Source: Candidatus Terasakiella magnetica
Lineage (GTDB): Bacteria; Pseudomonadota; Alphaproteobacteria; Rhodospirillales; Magnetospirillaceae
NCBI GenBank assembly: GCA_902729415.1
Contig: LR746520.1
Location: 68,728 to 100,727, forward strand
Direction of reading: 5' to 3'
DNA length: 32,000 bases
Under the pieces are notes generated by a model. The model made no database searches, had not been told where the DNA came from, and saw only the letters and a program-made list of their open reading frames with translations. Each line of letters begins with the position of its first letter. Within the stretch, counting starts at the first letter, position 1. Both the position numbers and the translations under genes were made by a program. Positions 9,174-18,800 of the stretch are shown here, piece after piece.

Positions 9174-9879
9174 ATCCCCCCCGTCCTTCCCCGACGCGTG
9201 CTGGGGAAGCGGCATTCCCTCCGGGGTGAAGATCGGGGTTCTGGTGGGGATGAAGAGCGAGGCGGCGCTGCTGCCGCCCGGTATGCCCCATGCCTGTACC
9301 GGCGGCATCCCGGCCCGGGCCGAGGCGCTGGCGCGGCGCTTGCTGGCAGAAGGCGCCGACGCCCTGATCAGCTTCGGCATTGCCGGGGGGCTCGACCCCG
9401 CCCGGCAGCCCGGCGACGTGGTGGTGGCCAGCGGCGTTCACGTGGACGGCGCGGTCATTCCGGCCAACAGCGTGTGGCATTGCCGCCTGATCTCGGCCAT
9501 CCCCTTTTCCCATTCCGGCCTGATCCTGGGGGCCGCCACGGTGGCGGCCGGCGCCCTCGACAAGCAGGCCCTGTTCAACGCGACCGGCGCGGTGGCGGTG
9601 GATATGGAAAGCGGCCCCCTGGCACGGGTGTGTGCCGAGGCGGGCAAGCCCTTCACGGTGCTGCGCGCCGTGGCCGACCCCGCCGGGCGGGGGTTGCCGC
9701 GCTCGGCCCTGTCGGGGCTGGACGCCCATGGCAACACCCGGCCCTGGGCGGTGATGGCGGGATTGATCCGCAGGCCGTGGGAATTGCCGGGATTGATCCG
9801 GGTCGGCCTGGACAGCCAGGCCGCCCTGTCGGCCCTAGGACATGCGCTTAAGGTTGTTGGTCCGACCTTCGGTCTGTAG
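9163..9879 (+). CDS. hpnG: Hopanoid-associated phosphorylase HpnG (PNP/MTAN-like nucleosidase acting on adenosylhopane)
   Basis: PNP_UDP-like pattern KIGVLVGMKSEA...ISFGIAGGL...AVAVDMESG. Immediately follows shc. The start is uncertain: ATG 9163 overlaps shc by 11 nt, and an in-frame GTG at 9226 (VKIGVLVG) is an alternative. Confidence 0.75.
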   Translation: MPSESPPSFPDACWGSGIPSGVKIGVLVGMKSEAALLPPGMPHACTGGIPARAEALARRLLAEGADALISFGIAGGLDPARQPGDVVVASGVHVDGAVIPANSVWHCRLISAIPFSHSGLILGAATVAAGALDKQALFNATGAVAVDMESGPLARVCAEAGKPFTVLRAVADPAGRGLPRSALSGLDAHGNTRPWAVMAGLIRRPWELPGLIRVGLDSQAALSALGHALKVVGPTFGL

Positions 9880-11016
9880 CGTCTCCAGGTTCTGGGCCAG
9901 CAACTGGTCGTAATTGTTGATGGCGGGACGCTGCTTGTCCAAGGGCAGATCCGGGGCCATGGGGCCTTCGGTCTTGGGGCCGCGCAGCGCCACCAGCGCC
10001 GCCTTCAGCGGATTGTTCAGCGTATCGGTGACGGCGGTGGCTTCATAGCCGGAATGCACCATGCAATCGGCGCACTTCTCGTACTTGCCGGTGCCATAGG
10101 ACTCCCAGTCGGTCTCGTCCATCAATTCCTTGTAGGACTTGGCATAGCCCTCGCCCAGAAGATAGCAGGGACGCTGCCAGCCGAACACGTTGCGGGTGGG
10201 ATTGCCCCAGGGGGTGCATTGATAGGTCTGATTGCCCGCCAGGAAATCCAGGAACAGCGATGATTGGGTAAAGGCCCAATTCTTGCCCTTGCCCAGGCTG
10301 AACAGCTTGCGGAACAGATCCTTGGTGGCGCGGCGGTTCAAGAAGTGCTCGCCATCCGGCGCCCGCTCATAGGCATAGCCTGGCGACAAGGTGATGCCCT
10401 CGACGCCGATGGACTGGGTGAAGTCGAAGAACTCGGCCATACGCCCGGCATCGGCGTTGTTGAACAAGGTGCAGTTGATATTGACCCGGAAGCCCTTGGA
10501 CTTGGCCAGTTTGATGGCCGCGACCGCCTGATCGAAGGTGCCGTCGCGCGACACGGCGCGGTCGTGGTCTTCGCGGTTGCCGTCCAGATGGACGGTCCAG
10601 GTGAAATAGGGATTGGGCTCGTACAGGTCGATCTTCTTTTCCAACAGCAGGGCGTTGGTGCAGAGATAGACGAATTTCTTGCGGGCGATGGCGCCCTTGA
10701 CGATCTGATCCATCTCGCGGTGCAGCAGGGGCTCGCCGCCCGCCATCACCACCACCGGGGCCGGGCACTCGTCGATGGAGGCCAGCGCCTCCTCCACCGA
10801 GATGCGCGAATTCAAGATGGAATCGGGATAATCGATCTTGCCGCAGCCGGCGCAGGTGAGGTTACAGCGGAACAGCGGCTCCATCATCAGCACCAGAGGA
10901 TAGTGCTTTACGCCGGAAAAATGCTGGCGCATGACGTAAAGGCCGATACGAAGGGTCTGGTGCAGGGGAACGGACACGGGCTTTACTCTATGCTTGCTGA
11001 TGGGCGGGCGGATCAT
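9835..11016 (-). CDS. hpnH: Adenosyl-hopene transferase HpnH (radical SAM)
   Basis: Radical SAM cluster motif CNLTCAGCGKIDYP preceded by YPLVLMMEPLFR. SAM-binding MAGGEPLL. C-terminal Cys-rich SPASM-like region (CTPWGNP...CYLL...CADCMVHSGYE). A GTG at 10977 (VSVPLHQ) is an alternative start. Confidence 0.9.
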   Translation of the reverse strand: MIRPPISKHRVKPVSVPLHQTLRIGLYVMRQHFSGVKHYPLVLMMEPLFRCNLTCAGCGKIDYPDSILNSRISVEEALASIDECPAPVVVMAGGEPLLHREMDQIVKGAIARKKFVYLCTNALLLEKKIDLYEPNPYFTWTVHLDGNREDHDRAVSRDGTFDQAVAAIKLAKSKGFRVNINCTLFNNADAGRMAEFFDFTQSIGVEGITLSPGYAYERAPDGEHFLNRRATKDLFRKLFSLGKGKNWAFTQSSLFLDFLAGNQTYQCTPWGNPTRNVFGWQRPCYLLGEGYAKSYKELMDETDWESYGTGKYEKCADCMVHSGYEATAVTDTLNNPLKAALVALRGPKTEGPMAPDLPLDKQRPAINNYDQLLAQNLETLQTEGRTNNLKRMS

Positions 11017-11134
11017 ACAGGGGCCGGTCCCGAGAGTTCAACACTTGAAGGAGTAAGGGTTTAGCCAAACATCACATGGCATCCATCCGCCGGAATATGT
11101 TATGGCACCCATTCCATGTTGGGAGTTCCATGAA

Positions 11135-11746
11135 ATGCGTTCCCGTCTCCTTGCCTCCATCGTCATGGGTTTCCTGGTCCTTGGGCTTCCCGGCATGTCC
11201 CATGCGGCGGAGCATCCTGCCGAGGCAGTGATCAGGCATCTGTGCGATACCCTGATCGAAATGATGAAGGCTGGTGACAAACTGGGCTTCAAGGGGCGGG
11301 TGGAAAAGCTGAAGCCGTTGATCCCCGCCGTCTACGACATGCCGTCCATGACCCAAAGCACCCTGGGCACCGCCATCGCCGCCAAGCTGACGCAAGACGA
11401 GACCGCCAAGCTGATCGACCTTTACACCCGCTTCTCGGTGGCGACCTATGCCTCGCAGTTCAATGACTGGGACGGCGAACGCTTCGAGATCGACGAGCCG
11501 CGCCCCTCCACCGCGGGCGCCATCATCCTGCCCAGCCGCATCGTGCCCAAGACGGGCGAACCCACCGAGATCCATTATGTGATGCGTCAGGAGCAGGGGC
11601 ACTGGAAAGTGGTCGACGTTCTATTCGAAGGCACCATCAGCCAAGTGGCGGTGCGGCGGTCGGAGTTCGTCTCGATCTTTCGGAGCAAGCAATTTTCCGG
11701 CCTGATGGAGGCCCTGGAAAAGCAAACCGCATCCCTGGAAAAATAA
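11135..11746 (+). CDS. hpnM: Periplasmic MlaC/Ttg2D-family lipid-binding protein, hopanoid-associated HpnM
   Basis: Signal peptide MRSRLLASIVMGFLVLGLPGMSHA/AE. The Ttg2D-like body is called on overall similarity as I recall the family; no signature motif was extracted. The gene lies directly upstream (2-nt gap) of hpnI-hpnJ. The ATG at 11135 gives a clean signal peptide; the ORF-track start is 11102. Confidence 0.65.
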   Translation: MRSRLLASIVMGFLVLGLPGMSHAAEHPAEAVIRHLCDTLIEMMKAGDKLGFKGRVEKLKPLIPAVYDMPSMTQSTLGTAIAAKLTQDETAKLIDLYTRFSVATYASQFNDWDGERFEIDEPRPSTAGAIILPSRIVPKTGEPTEIHYVMRQEQGHWKVVDVLFEGTISQVAVRRSEFVSIFRSKQFSGLMEALEKQTASLEK

Positions 11747-11748
11747 CC

Positions 11749-12903
11749 ATGTCCACCCTCTGGCAGGGGTTGTCCCTGCTGCTTCTGGCCCTGGCGGCGG
11801 CGGGATGCCTGTTTCAGGGCGCCGCTGCGCTGCTGGTGCGGCGCTTTGCCGCCGCCGCCCCCAAGCCCGCCACGGCACGGCCGCCCATCAGCGTGATGAA
11901 GCCGCTGTGCGGAGCGGAAGAGGGCATGGCGGAAAACCTGGCTTCGTGCCTGCGCCAGGACTATCCCGCCTTCCAGATGGTGTTCGGGGTGGCCGACCCC
12001 GCCGATCCGGCCCTGGCCGAGGTGGCACGGCTGCCCGCCGACCAGCCCGGACAAGAATTGGTCACGATCATCGAGCCCAAGCGGCATGGCCGCAACCTCA
12101 AGGTCGGCAATCTGCTCAACATGTGGCCCCAGGTCCGCCACGACCTCATCGCCATCGCCGACAGCGATATCCGAGTCGGCCCCCATTACCTGGATGACGT
12201 CGCGGCGCCCTTTGCCGACCCCGAGGTGGGCGTGGTCACCTGCCTTTATGTGGGGCGCCCGGTAGGCGGCATCTGGAGTGCGCTGGGGGCGTTGGGGATC
12301 AATCACGGATTTTTACCCTCGGCCCTGGTGGCGCGCGCTTTGGGCCGCAAGGACGGCTGCTTCGGCGCTACCATGGCGATCCGGCGCGCCACCCTGGAAC
12401 AAGGCGGCGGGCTGGCGGCACTGTCCGACATGCTGGCCGACGACTGGGCCTTGGGCGAGATGGCGCGCAAGCAGGGGCTTGGCATCGCCCTGGCGGCGCG
12501 GCCGGTGGACATCATGGTCCACGAGGCCGACCTCAAGACCCTGCTGGCTCATGAAATCCGCTGGGGCCGCACCATCGCGGCGGTGGACCGGCCCTCGTAT
12601 CTGGCTTCGGTCATCACCCAGCCGGTAGCGCTGGCGGCGCTGGCGGTGGTTGCCGGGGGAGCAGGTGCCCTGCCGTTGGCGGGGCTTGGCATCGCCGCCT
12701 TGTGCCGCATCGCCGTGGTGCGGGCCGAAGAGAAAGCCCTGATGCTGGAGCCGGTGGGGCTGGGCCTGCTGGCCTTGCGCGAAATTCTGTCCTTTATCGT
12801 CTATGTTGTCGCATCTTGCGGACGGAGTGTGGTATGGCGTGGCCGCCGATTCATCGTCCGCCGCGATGGAACTCTTGAGCTTGTTGAAGGTGGCACACCA
12901 TGA
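11749..12903 (+). CDS. hpnI: Hopanoid-associated glycosyltransferase HpnI (GT2, ceramide-glucosyltransferase-like)
   Basis: N-terminal TM helix, ISVMKPLCGAEEG, DxD motif IAIADSDI, HEIRWGRT, C-terminal TM helices. Stop overlaps the hpnJ start (ATGA at 12900). Confidence 0.8.
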   Translation: MSTLWQGLSLLLLALAAAGCLFQGAAALLVRRFAAAAPKPATARPPISVMKPLCGAEEGMAENLASCLRQDYPAFQMVFGVADPADPALAEVARLPADQPGQELVTIIEPKRHGRNLKVGNLLNMWPQVRHDLIAIADSDIRVGPHYLDDVAAPFADPEVGVVTCLYVGRPVGGIWSALGALGINHGFLPSALVARALGRKDGCFGATMAIRRATLEQGGGLAALSDMLADDWALGEMARKQGLGIALAARPVDIMVHEADLKTLLAHEIRWGRTIAAVDRPSYLASVITQPVALAALAVVAGGAGALPLAGLGIAALCRIAVVRAEEKALMLEPVGLGLLALREILSFIVYVVASCGRSVVWRGRRFIVRRDGTLELVEGGTP

Positions 12904-14330
12904 AGAAGACCCTTTTCCTCAATCCGCCCTCCTTTGAAGGATTCGACGGAGGAGCGGGCGCCCGCTATCAGGCCAAGCGCGAAATAAAATCCAACTGGTA
13001 TCCCACATGGCTGGCCCAGTTGGCCGCCTTGGTGCCTAATTCCAAGCTGGTGGATGCCCCGGCCAGCGGCAAGACCCTGGACGACATCGTCGCCATGGCG
13101 CCCGATTACGAGATGGTGGTGATTTACGCCAGTGCAGCCACCTACGCTTCCGAGGTCCGGGTGGTCGAGGCCATGAAGGCCGCCAATCCCAAGCTGATGG
13201 CCGGCATGGTCGGCGCCCACGTGGCGACAGTGCCCGAGCCCTCGCTGCTGGCGTCGCCCGCCATCGATTTCATCGCCCGCCACGAATTTGACTACACCAT
13301 CGTCGATGTGGCCGAAGGCAAGCCCTTCACCGAGATCGACGGCCTGACCTTCCGCGGCCCCGACGGTCAGCCGGTCCACACCAAGGACCGCGAACTGATC
13401 CACGACATGGACGCCCTGCCCTTCGTCGCCCCGATCTATCGCCGCGACCTCAACGTCGATGATTACTTCGTCGGCTATATCAAGCATCCCTATATGTCGT
13501 TCTATACCGGGCGCGGCTGCAAATCGAAGTGCAGCTTCTGCCTGTGGCCGCAGACCATCGGCGGCCGCGTCTACCGCGCCCGCAGCGCCGCCAAGGTGAT
13601 CGAGGAGGTCACCCAGGCCCGCGCGCTGTTCCCGGAAGTGAAGGAATTCTTCTTCGACGACGACACCTTCACCGACGATCTCGAACGGGTGGAGGAGATC
13701 GCCCGCGGCATCGGCAAGCTGGGGGTGCCGTGGTCGTGCAACGCCAAGGCCAATATTCCGCGCAAGACCCTGGAAGTGCTGAAGGCCAACGGCCTGCGGG
13801 TGCTGCTGGTGGGCTATGAATCCGGCGTGCAGGAGATCTTGAACAATATCCGCAAGGGCCTGCGCCTCGACATCATGCGCAAGTTCTCCCAGGACTGCCA
13901 CGAATTGGGCATCATCGTCCACGGCACCTTCATCGTCGGCCTGCCGGGCGAGACCAAGGAAACCATCCAGCAGACCCTGGCCTTCGCCAAGGAAGTCAAC
14001 CCCCGCACCCTTCAGGTATCCATGGCGGCGCCCTATCCCGGCACCGAGCTGTTCCAGCAGGCTATCGATAACGGCTGGTTCAAGCAGGATAAGGATCTGC
14101 TGATGCACGACGGCTGGCAGATGGCCGCCCTTAGTTACGAACACCTCAGCTCGGAAGACATCTTCAAGGCGGTGGCCGAGTTCTACAAGGCCTACTACTT
14201 CCGCCCCAGCAAGATCGGCGAGATCCTGTGGGAGATGCTGCACGACTGGGACATGATGAAGCGCCGCCTGCGCGAAGGCGTCGAGTTCTTCCAGTTCCTG
14301 CGGACCCGCGACAAAGCCTCCCAGTGCTGA
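12900..14330 (+). CDS. hpnJ: Hopanoid-associated B12-binding-domain radical SAM protein HpnJ
   Basis: N-terminus MKKTLFLNPPSFEGFDGGAGARYQAKREIKS is typical of HpnJ. Radical SAM motif GRGCKSKCSFCLWP. Length 476 aa. Followed by a strong terminator. Confidence 0.85.
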   Translation: MKKTLFLNPPSFEGFDGGAGARYQAKREIKSNWYPTWLAQLAALVPNSKLVDAPASGKTLDDIVAMAPDYEMVVIYASAATYASEVRVVEAMKAANPKLMAGMVGAHVATVPEPSLLASPAIDFIARHEFDYTIVDVAEGKPFTEIDGLTFRGPDGQPVHTKDRELIHDMDALPFVAPIYRRDLNVDDYFVGYIKHPYMSFYTGRGCKSKCSFCLWPQTIGGRVYRARSAAKVIEEVTQARALFPEVKEFFFDDDTFTDDLERVEEIARGIGKLGVPWSCNAKANIPRKTLEVLKANGLRVLLVGYESGVQEILNNIRKGLRLDIMRKFSQDCHELGIIVHGTFIVGLPGETKETIQQTLAFAKEVNPRTLQVSMAAPYPGTELFQQAIDNGWFKQDKDLLMHDGWQMAALSYEHLSSEDIFKAVAEFYKAYYFRPSKIGEILWEMLHDWDMMKRRLREGVEFFQFLRTRDKASQC

Positions 14331-14342
14331 GAGACGGAACAG

Positions 14343-14376
14343 AAAAAAAAGGCCGGGCAGATTGCCCGGCCTTTTT
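14343..14376. terminator. Bidirectional rho-independent terminator between the convergent hpnJ and HExxH genes
   Basis: A8 tract (14343-14350), 9-bp perfect GC-rich stem GGCCGGGCA (14351-14359), loop GAT, TGCCCGGCC (14363-14371), then T5 (14372-14376). It reads as stem plus U-tract on both strands. Confidence 0.85.
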
Positions 14377-14394
14377 ACTTTCAAGATATTGGCG

Positions 14395-15060
14395 TTACGA
14401 ATCCGCGAACCAACGGGCGAAAAAGGTGTCATCGCCCTCTTCGCGCAAGCCCATGGTCGGGCGGCCGTCGTCATCGATCAGGTCCATGGCGCGCAGCCAG
14501 CGCACGATCTTGCGGAAATGGCCGACATTGTGAAGGCTGGTGCCGCCTTCCAGCCAGTTCTGCTCGAGAAAGGCCAACACCGCCGGTTGGCCCAGATCGG
14601 CCTCCCACAGAATTCCCAGCAACGAGCACAGCCCCTCTTCCACATCACGTTCGGGACAGAACAGGGTCTGGGCGGCCTCGCCCTCGGCCTTGCGGCCCGA
14701 TTCGGGACCGGCGCCCAGGCCGAAATCGACCACCGTCCGGCGGGCGGGGGCGGCGCATTGGTAATGGGCCACCTCGTGGATCAGGACGCTGGGCTCCATA
14801 CGGATGGCGACCGCCTCTCCGTCCCAGGTGAAATAATCCTGGGGCCGCTCATCGATGATGCCAAAGCCGAAACGGCGGCACAATTCGACCCCTTGGGCAT
14901 GGTGACCGGGGTCGGTGGAAAGGCTGAGCAGATCCGAATCCGGCACCAGGGCGGTGACGCGGCGGAACACCTTCAGCGCCAGCGGATCGGAGGCCAAGGC
15001 CTGGGCAAAGTCATCGCTGATGCGAAACAGGGCGGAGTGATCGATGGGGGTCAAAATCAT
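14395..15060 (-). CDS. Hypothetical 221-aa protein with an HExxH metal-binding-type motif
   Basis: Clean ORF with an ATG start, divergent from the PPTase gene. Central segment VLIHEVAHYQCAAPARRTVVDFGLG contains HEVAH. No signal peptide or TM segment. Family not confidently recognised (see findings). Confidence 0.6.
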   Translation of the reverse strand: MILTPIDHSALFRISDDFAQALASDPLALKVFRRVTALVPDSDLLSLSTDPGHHAQGVELCRRFGFGIIDERPQDYFTWDGEAVAIRMEPSVLIHEVAHYQCAAPARRTVVDFGLGAGPESGRKAEGEAAQTLFCPERDVEEGLCSLLGILWEADLGQPAVLAFLEQNWLEGGTSLHNVGHFRKIVRWLRAMDLIDDDGRPTMGLREEGDDTFFARWFADS

Positions 15061-15176
15061 GATGGCCTGTCATATCGTCAGGCCACTGATCAGGTCAATG
15101 GGGGATCGGGCCGCCGGAATAATCTTGCGGGCGGGAGGCATCAGGCTCTATCACCTTCGCATCACCATTCCATACT

Positions 15177-15803
15177 ATGCCGAAGGCCGCCTTGCCCGCC
15201 ATTCGTCTGGATGCCGAGACCTGGCTCTACCAGGGAATCTTTGACCGTCCCAGCCTTCGTGAAGCGGCGGCGCGGCGGCATCTGGCTGGAATTCTCGGCT
15301 GTCCCGAGGATCAGATCCGCCTGAGCCGAGATCAATATGGCAAGCCCCGCCTTGCCGCCCCCCATGGCGGCCTGGACTTCAGTCTGGCCCGGCGCGGCGG
15401 CGTCCTGGTCATCGCCACGACCCGGAGCGGCACCGTGGGGGTGGATATGGAACAGATCGGCCAGTGCGATAATTGCGACGGCGTGGCGCGGGATTTTTTC
15501 GCACCGGCCGAGGCCCAGTGGCTCGTCACCCTGCCCCGGCCCGAGCGGCGCCGGGGCTTCGCGGCGCTGTGGACCGCCAAGGAAGCAGTGCTGAAGGCAC
15601 GGGGGCAAGGGATCGCCGCCGGATTATCCAATCCCGACCTGTCACCCTGGCTGGAAGACGGCAAGCCCCTCTGCCTCTCCCCCCTCCAACTCCAGTCGGG
15701 GGGAGACACTTATACTCTGGTCTGGTATACCCGCCCCCTGGAAGGGGATTCCGTCATGGTAGCCCGAGCGCAGGGATTGCCCGCGTCTCCCTTCAATCCT
15801 TGA
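15177..15803 (+). CDS. Sfp-type 4'-phosphopantetheinyl transferase
   Basis: PPTase motifs GVDMEQI (GxDxE) and WTAKEAVLKARG ((W/F)xxKE(A/S)xxK). Length 208 aa. The stop lies 6 nt before the NRPS start. Confidence 0.85.
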   Translation: MPKAALPAIRLDAETWLYQGIFDRPSLREAAARRHLAGILGCPEDQIRLSRDQYGKPRLAAPHGGLDFSLARRGGVLVIATTRSGTVGVDMEQIGQCDNCDGVARDFFAPAEAQWLVTLPRPERRRGFAALWTAKEAVLKARGQGIAAGLSNPDLSPWLEDGKPLCLSPLQLQSGGDTYTLVWYTRPLEGDSVMVARAQGLPASPFNP

Positions 15804-15809
15804 GAAGTC

Positions 15810-18800
15810 ATGCATCCTGTCGCTGCCCCAGAACCGTCGTCCCTGATCGGCCCCCGCGATCCCTCGCTGCTCCGTGATGAGCTGTTGTGGGAACTCTTCG
15901 CCGCCACCGTCGAACGCAGCCCCGATTCCATCGCCGCCACCTTCGGCGACCAAAGCCTCAGCTATGCCCAGTTGTCCGACCGGGCCGACCGGGTGGCGGG
16001 CGCCTTGGCGGCGCAGGGCATCGGGCGCGGCGCCTTCGTGGGCTTGTGGATGGCGCGCTCGCTCGATCTGCATGTGGCGCTGCTGGGCATCCTCAAGACG
16101 GGCGCCGCCTATATTCCCTTTGATACCGACGCGCCGCCCGAGCGAGTGGGCGAGTGCCTGAGCGATTGCTCGGCCGCCGCTATCATCTTGGACGCCACCA
16201 CCGCCGGCGCGGTGGAACGCTCCCTGCCCGCCCCGGCGCTGCTGCTGCCCGCCTTGGCCGAGGCGGAGCCGTCCTCGCCCTGCCCCGATCCGCGTGCTGC
16301 CGGGGCAGATCCCTTTGATCCCGCCTATGCCATCTACACCTCGGGCTCCACCGGCAAGCCCAAGGCCATCGTCATCAACCACCGCAACATCTGCCACTAT
16401 CTGCGCTCGGCCAATTCCCTTTACGGTATCGGCCCCACGGATGTGGTGTTCCAGGGGGCCTCGGTAGCGTTCGACCTGTCGCTGGAAGAGATCTTCATCC
16501 CCTATCTGGTGGGGGCGTCCTTGTGGATCGGCGGCCGTCAGACCCTGGCCGAGACCGAAACCCTGCCCGACGTACTGACCAGGGCCGGAATCACCGTCCT
16601 CGACACCGTGCCTACCCTGCTGTCGCTGCTGCCGCGCGACGTGCCCGGCTTGCGGGTCATCATCCTGGGCGGCGAGGCCTGCCCCTCGGCCCTGGCGGAA
16701 CGCTGGTGCCGTCCGGGGCGGCGCATCTTCAATTCCTACGGCCCCACCGAGGCCACCGTGGTCGCCACCATGGCGGAAGTGCGCCCCGGCGAGACGGTGA
16801 CCATCGGCGGCCCTATTCCCAATTACGCCTGCTGGGTGGTGGACGATACCCTGGCCCCGGTGGCGCCCGGTACCCAGGGTGAGCTGTTGATCGGCGGCCC
16901 CGGCGTGGCTTCGGGCTATCTGGGCCGGGCCGAGCTGACCGCCGAGAAGTTCATCCCCAATCCGTGGCCTCATGACGGCCTGTCGCCCATGCTCTACCGC
17001 TCGGGCGATGCGGTCAGCATCGACGCGAACGGCAATCTGGCCTTCCACGGCCGCATCGACGATCAGGTCAAGATCCGCGGCTTCCGCGTCGAACTGGGCG
17101 AGATCGAGGCCCGCCTCGCCGCCCTGCCCGGCCTGACCCAGGCGGCGGTCCTGCTGCGCACCGATGACGGTATCGAGCGTCTGGTGGCCTGCGTCGTCAC
17201 CGAGCCGGGGGTGGGACTGGACACCGCCGCCTTGCGCGAGCAGCTGCGCGAGCAGCTTCCCGCTTATATGGTGCCGTCGCATCTTCTGGCTCTGCCCGAA
17301 CTACCGCGCCTGATCTCGGGCAAGCTGGACCGCAAGGCACTCAAGCTGGTGCCGCTGGGCTCGATCGCCGCCGAGGCCCAGGAACAGCCGGAAACCGAGA
17401 GCGAAGCCGCCCTGCTGCAAGCGGCCCAGCGCGTTTTTCCCGGTCAATCCATTGCCTTCGATGCCGATTTCTTCATTGATCTCGGCGGTCATTCCCTGCT
17501 GGCTGCCAAGTTCGTCTCGGCTGTGCGCGAGACCCCGGCCCTGGCCAGCCTGACCTTGAACGAGATTTACGGCCTGCGCACCCTGCGCGCCATGGCCGCC
17601 CTGCTCGACACCCGCAGGCCCGCCCCCGGCGCCAAAGCCGCAGATCTATCCTTCACGCCGCCCTCGCTGCTGCGCCGCTTCCTGTGCGGCGCGGCCCAGG
17701 CGGTCGCCATGCCCATCATCCTGGCGCTGACCACCGCGCCGTGGCTGGGGGTGTTCATCAGCTACATGCTGTTGTCGGGCGACGAGGCCGGGCCGCTGGC
17801 CGAGGTGGTGACCCTGCTGCTGACCTATGCCGTCATCAATATCGGCACCATCGTTTTGTCCATCGTGCTGAAATGGCTGGTTCTGGGCCGGACCAAGCCG
17901 GGCCGCTACAAGCTGTGGGGCGTTTATTATTTCCGCTGGTGGCTGGCGCAAAGGGTGGTCAGCATCGCCCATATCAAGTGGTTCCAGGGCACGCCGATCA
18001 TGAGCATGTATCTGCGGGCCTTGGGTACCAAGGTCGGCAGCGACTGCAACATTTCCGAGGTGGAAAGCGGCGCCTTCGATCTGGTTTCCATCGGCCAGGG
18101 CGTGGTGATCGGCGGCAAGGTCCGCCTTGCCAATGCCGAGGCCATCGGCGACGAGTTGGTGATCGGCACCATCGATCTGGGCGACGACAGCTATGTCGGC
18201 ACCTCGTGCATCCTCAGCCACGATGTGGTGGTCGAAGACGGCGGCGAGCTTGCGGACATGACCGCCCTGGCCGCCGGAACGCGGGTGGGCCGGTTCGAAC
18301 ATTGGGAAGGCTCGCCCGGCCGCAAGATCGGCGTGATCGACGAATCCTCCCTGCCCGAAGCCGCCCATGCCGGGCCAGGCCGCAAGGTCGCGCTGACCGT
18401 GCTGTACCTGTTCTTGCTGGTGGTGCTGCCGCCTATCAGCCTGATGCCTATCTTCCCGGCCTTCTTCCTGTTCGACAATCTCAGCGAGATCATCGCGGGC
18501 ATCGGCGGGCCGCAGGACTATCTGTACATCCTGCCGCTGCTGGCCTGGCCCACCGCCATGGCCCTGATCGTCATCACCGTGCTGCTGATCGCTGCCGTGC
18601 GCTGGACGGTGCTGCCGGTGGTGACCGCAGGGAGCTATTCGGTCTATAGCGGCTTTTACGTCCGCAAGTGGGTCGTCGCCCTGGCGACCGAGTTGATGCT
18701 GGAAACCCTGTCATCGCTCTACGCCACCGTCTATATGCGGCTGTGGTACCGCCTGATGGGCGCCAAGATCGGTAAGGACGCGGAAATCTCCTGCAATCTG

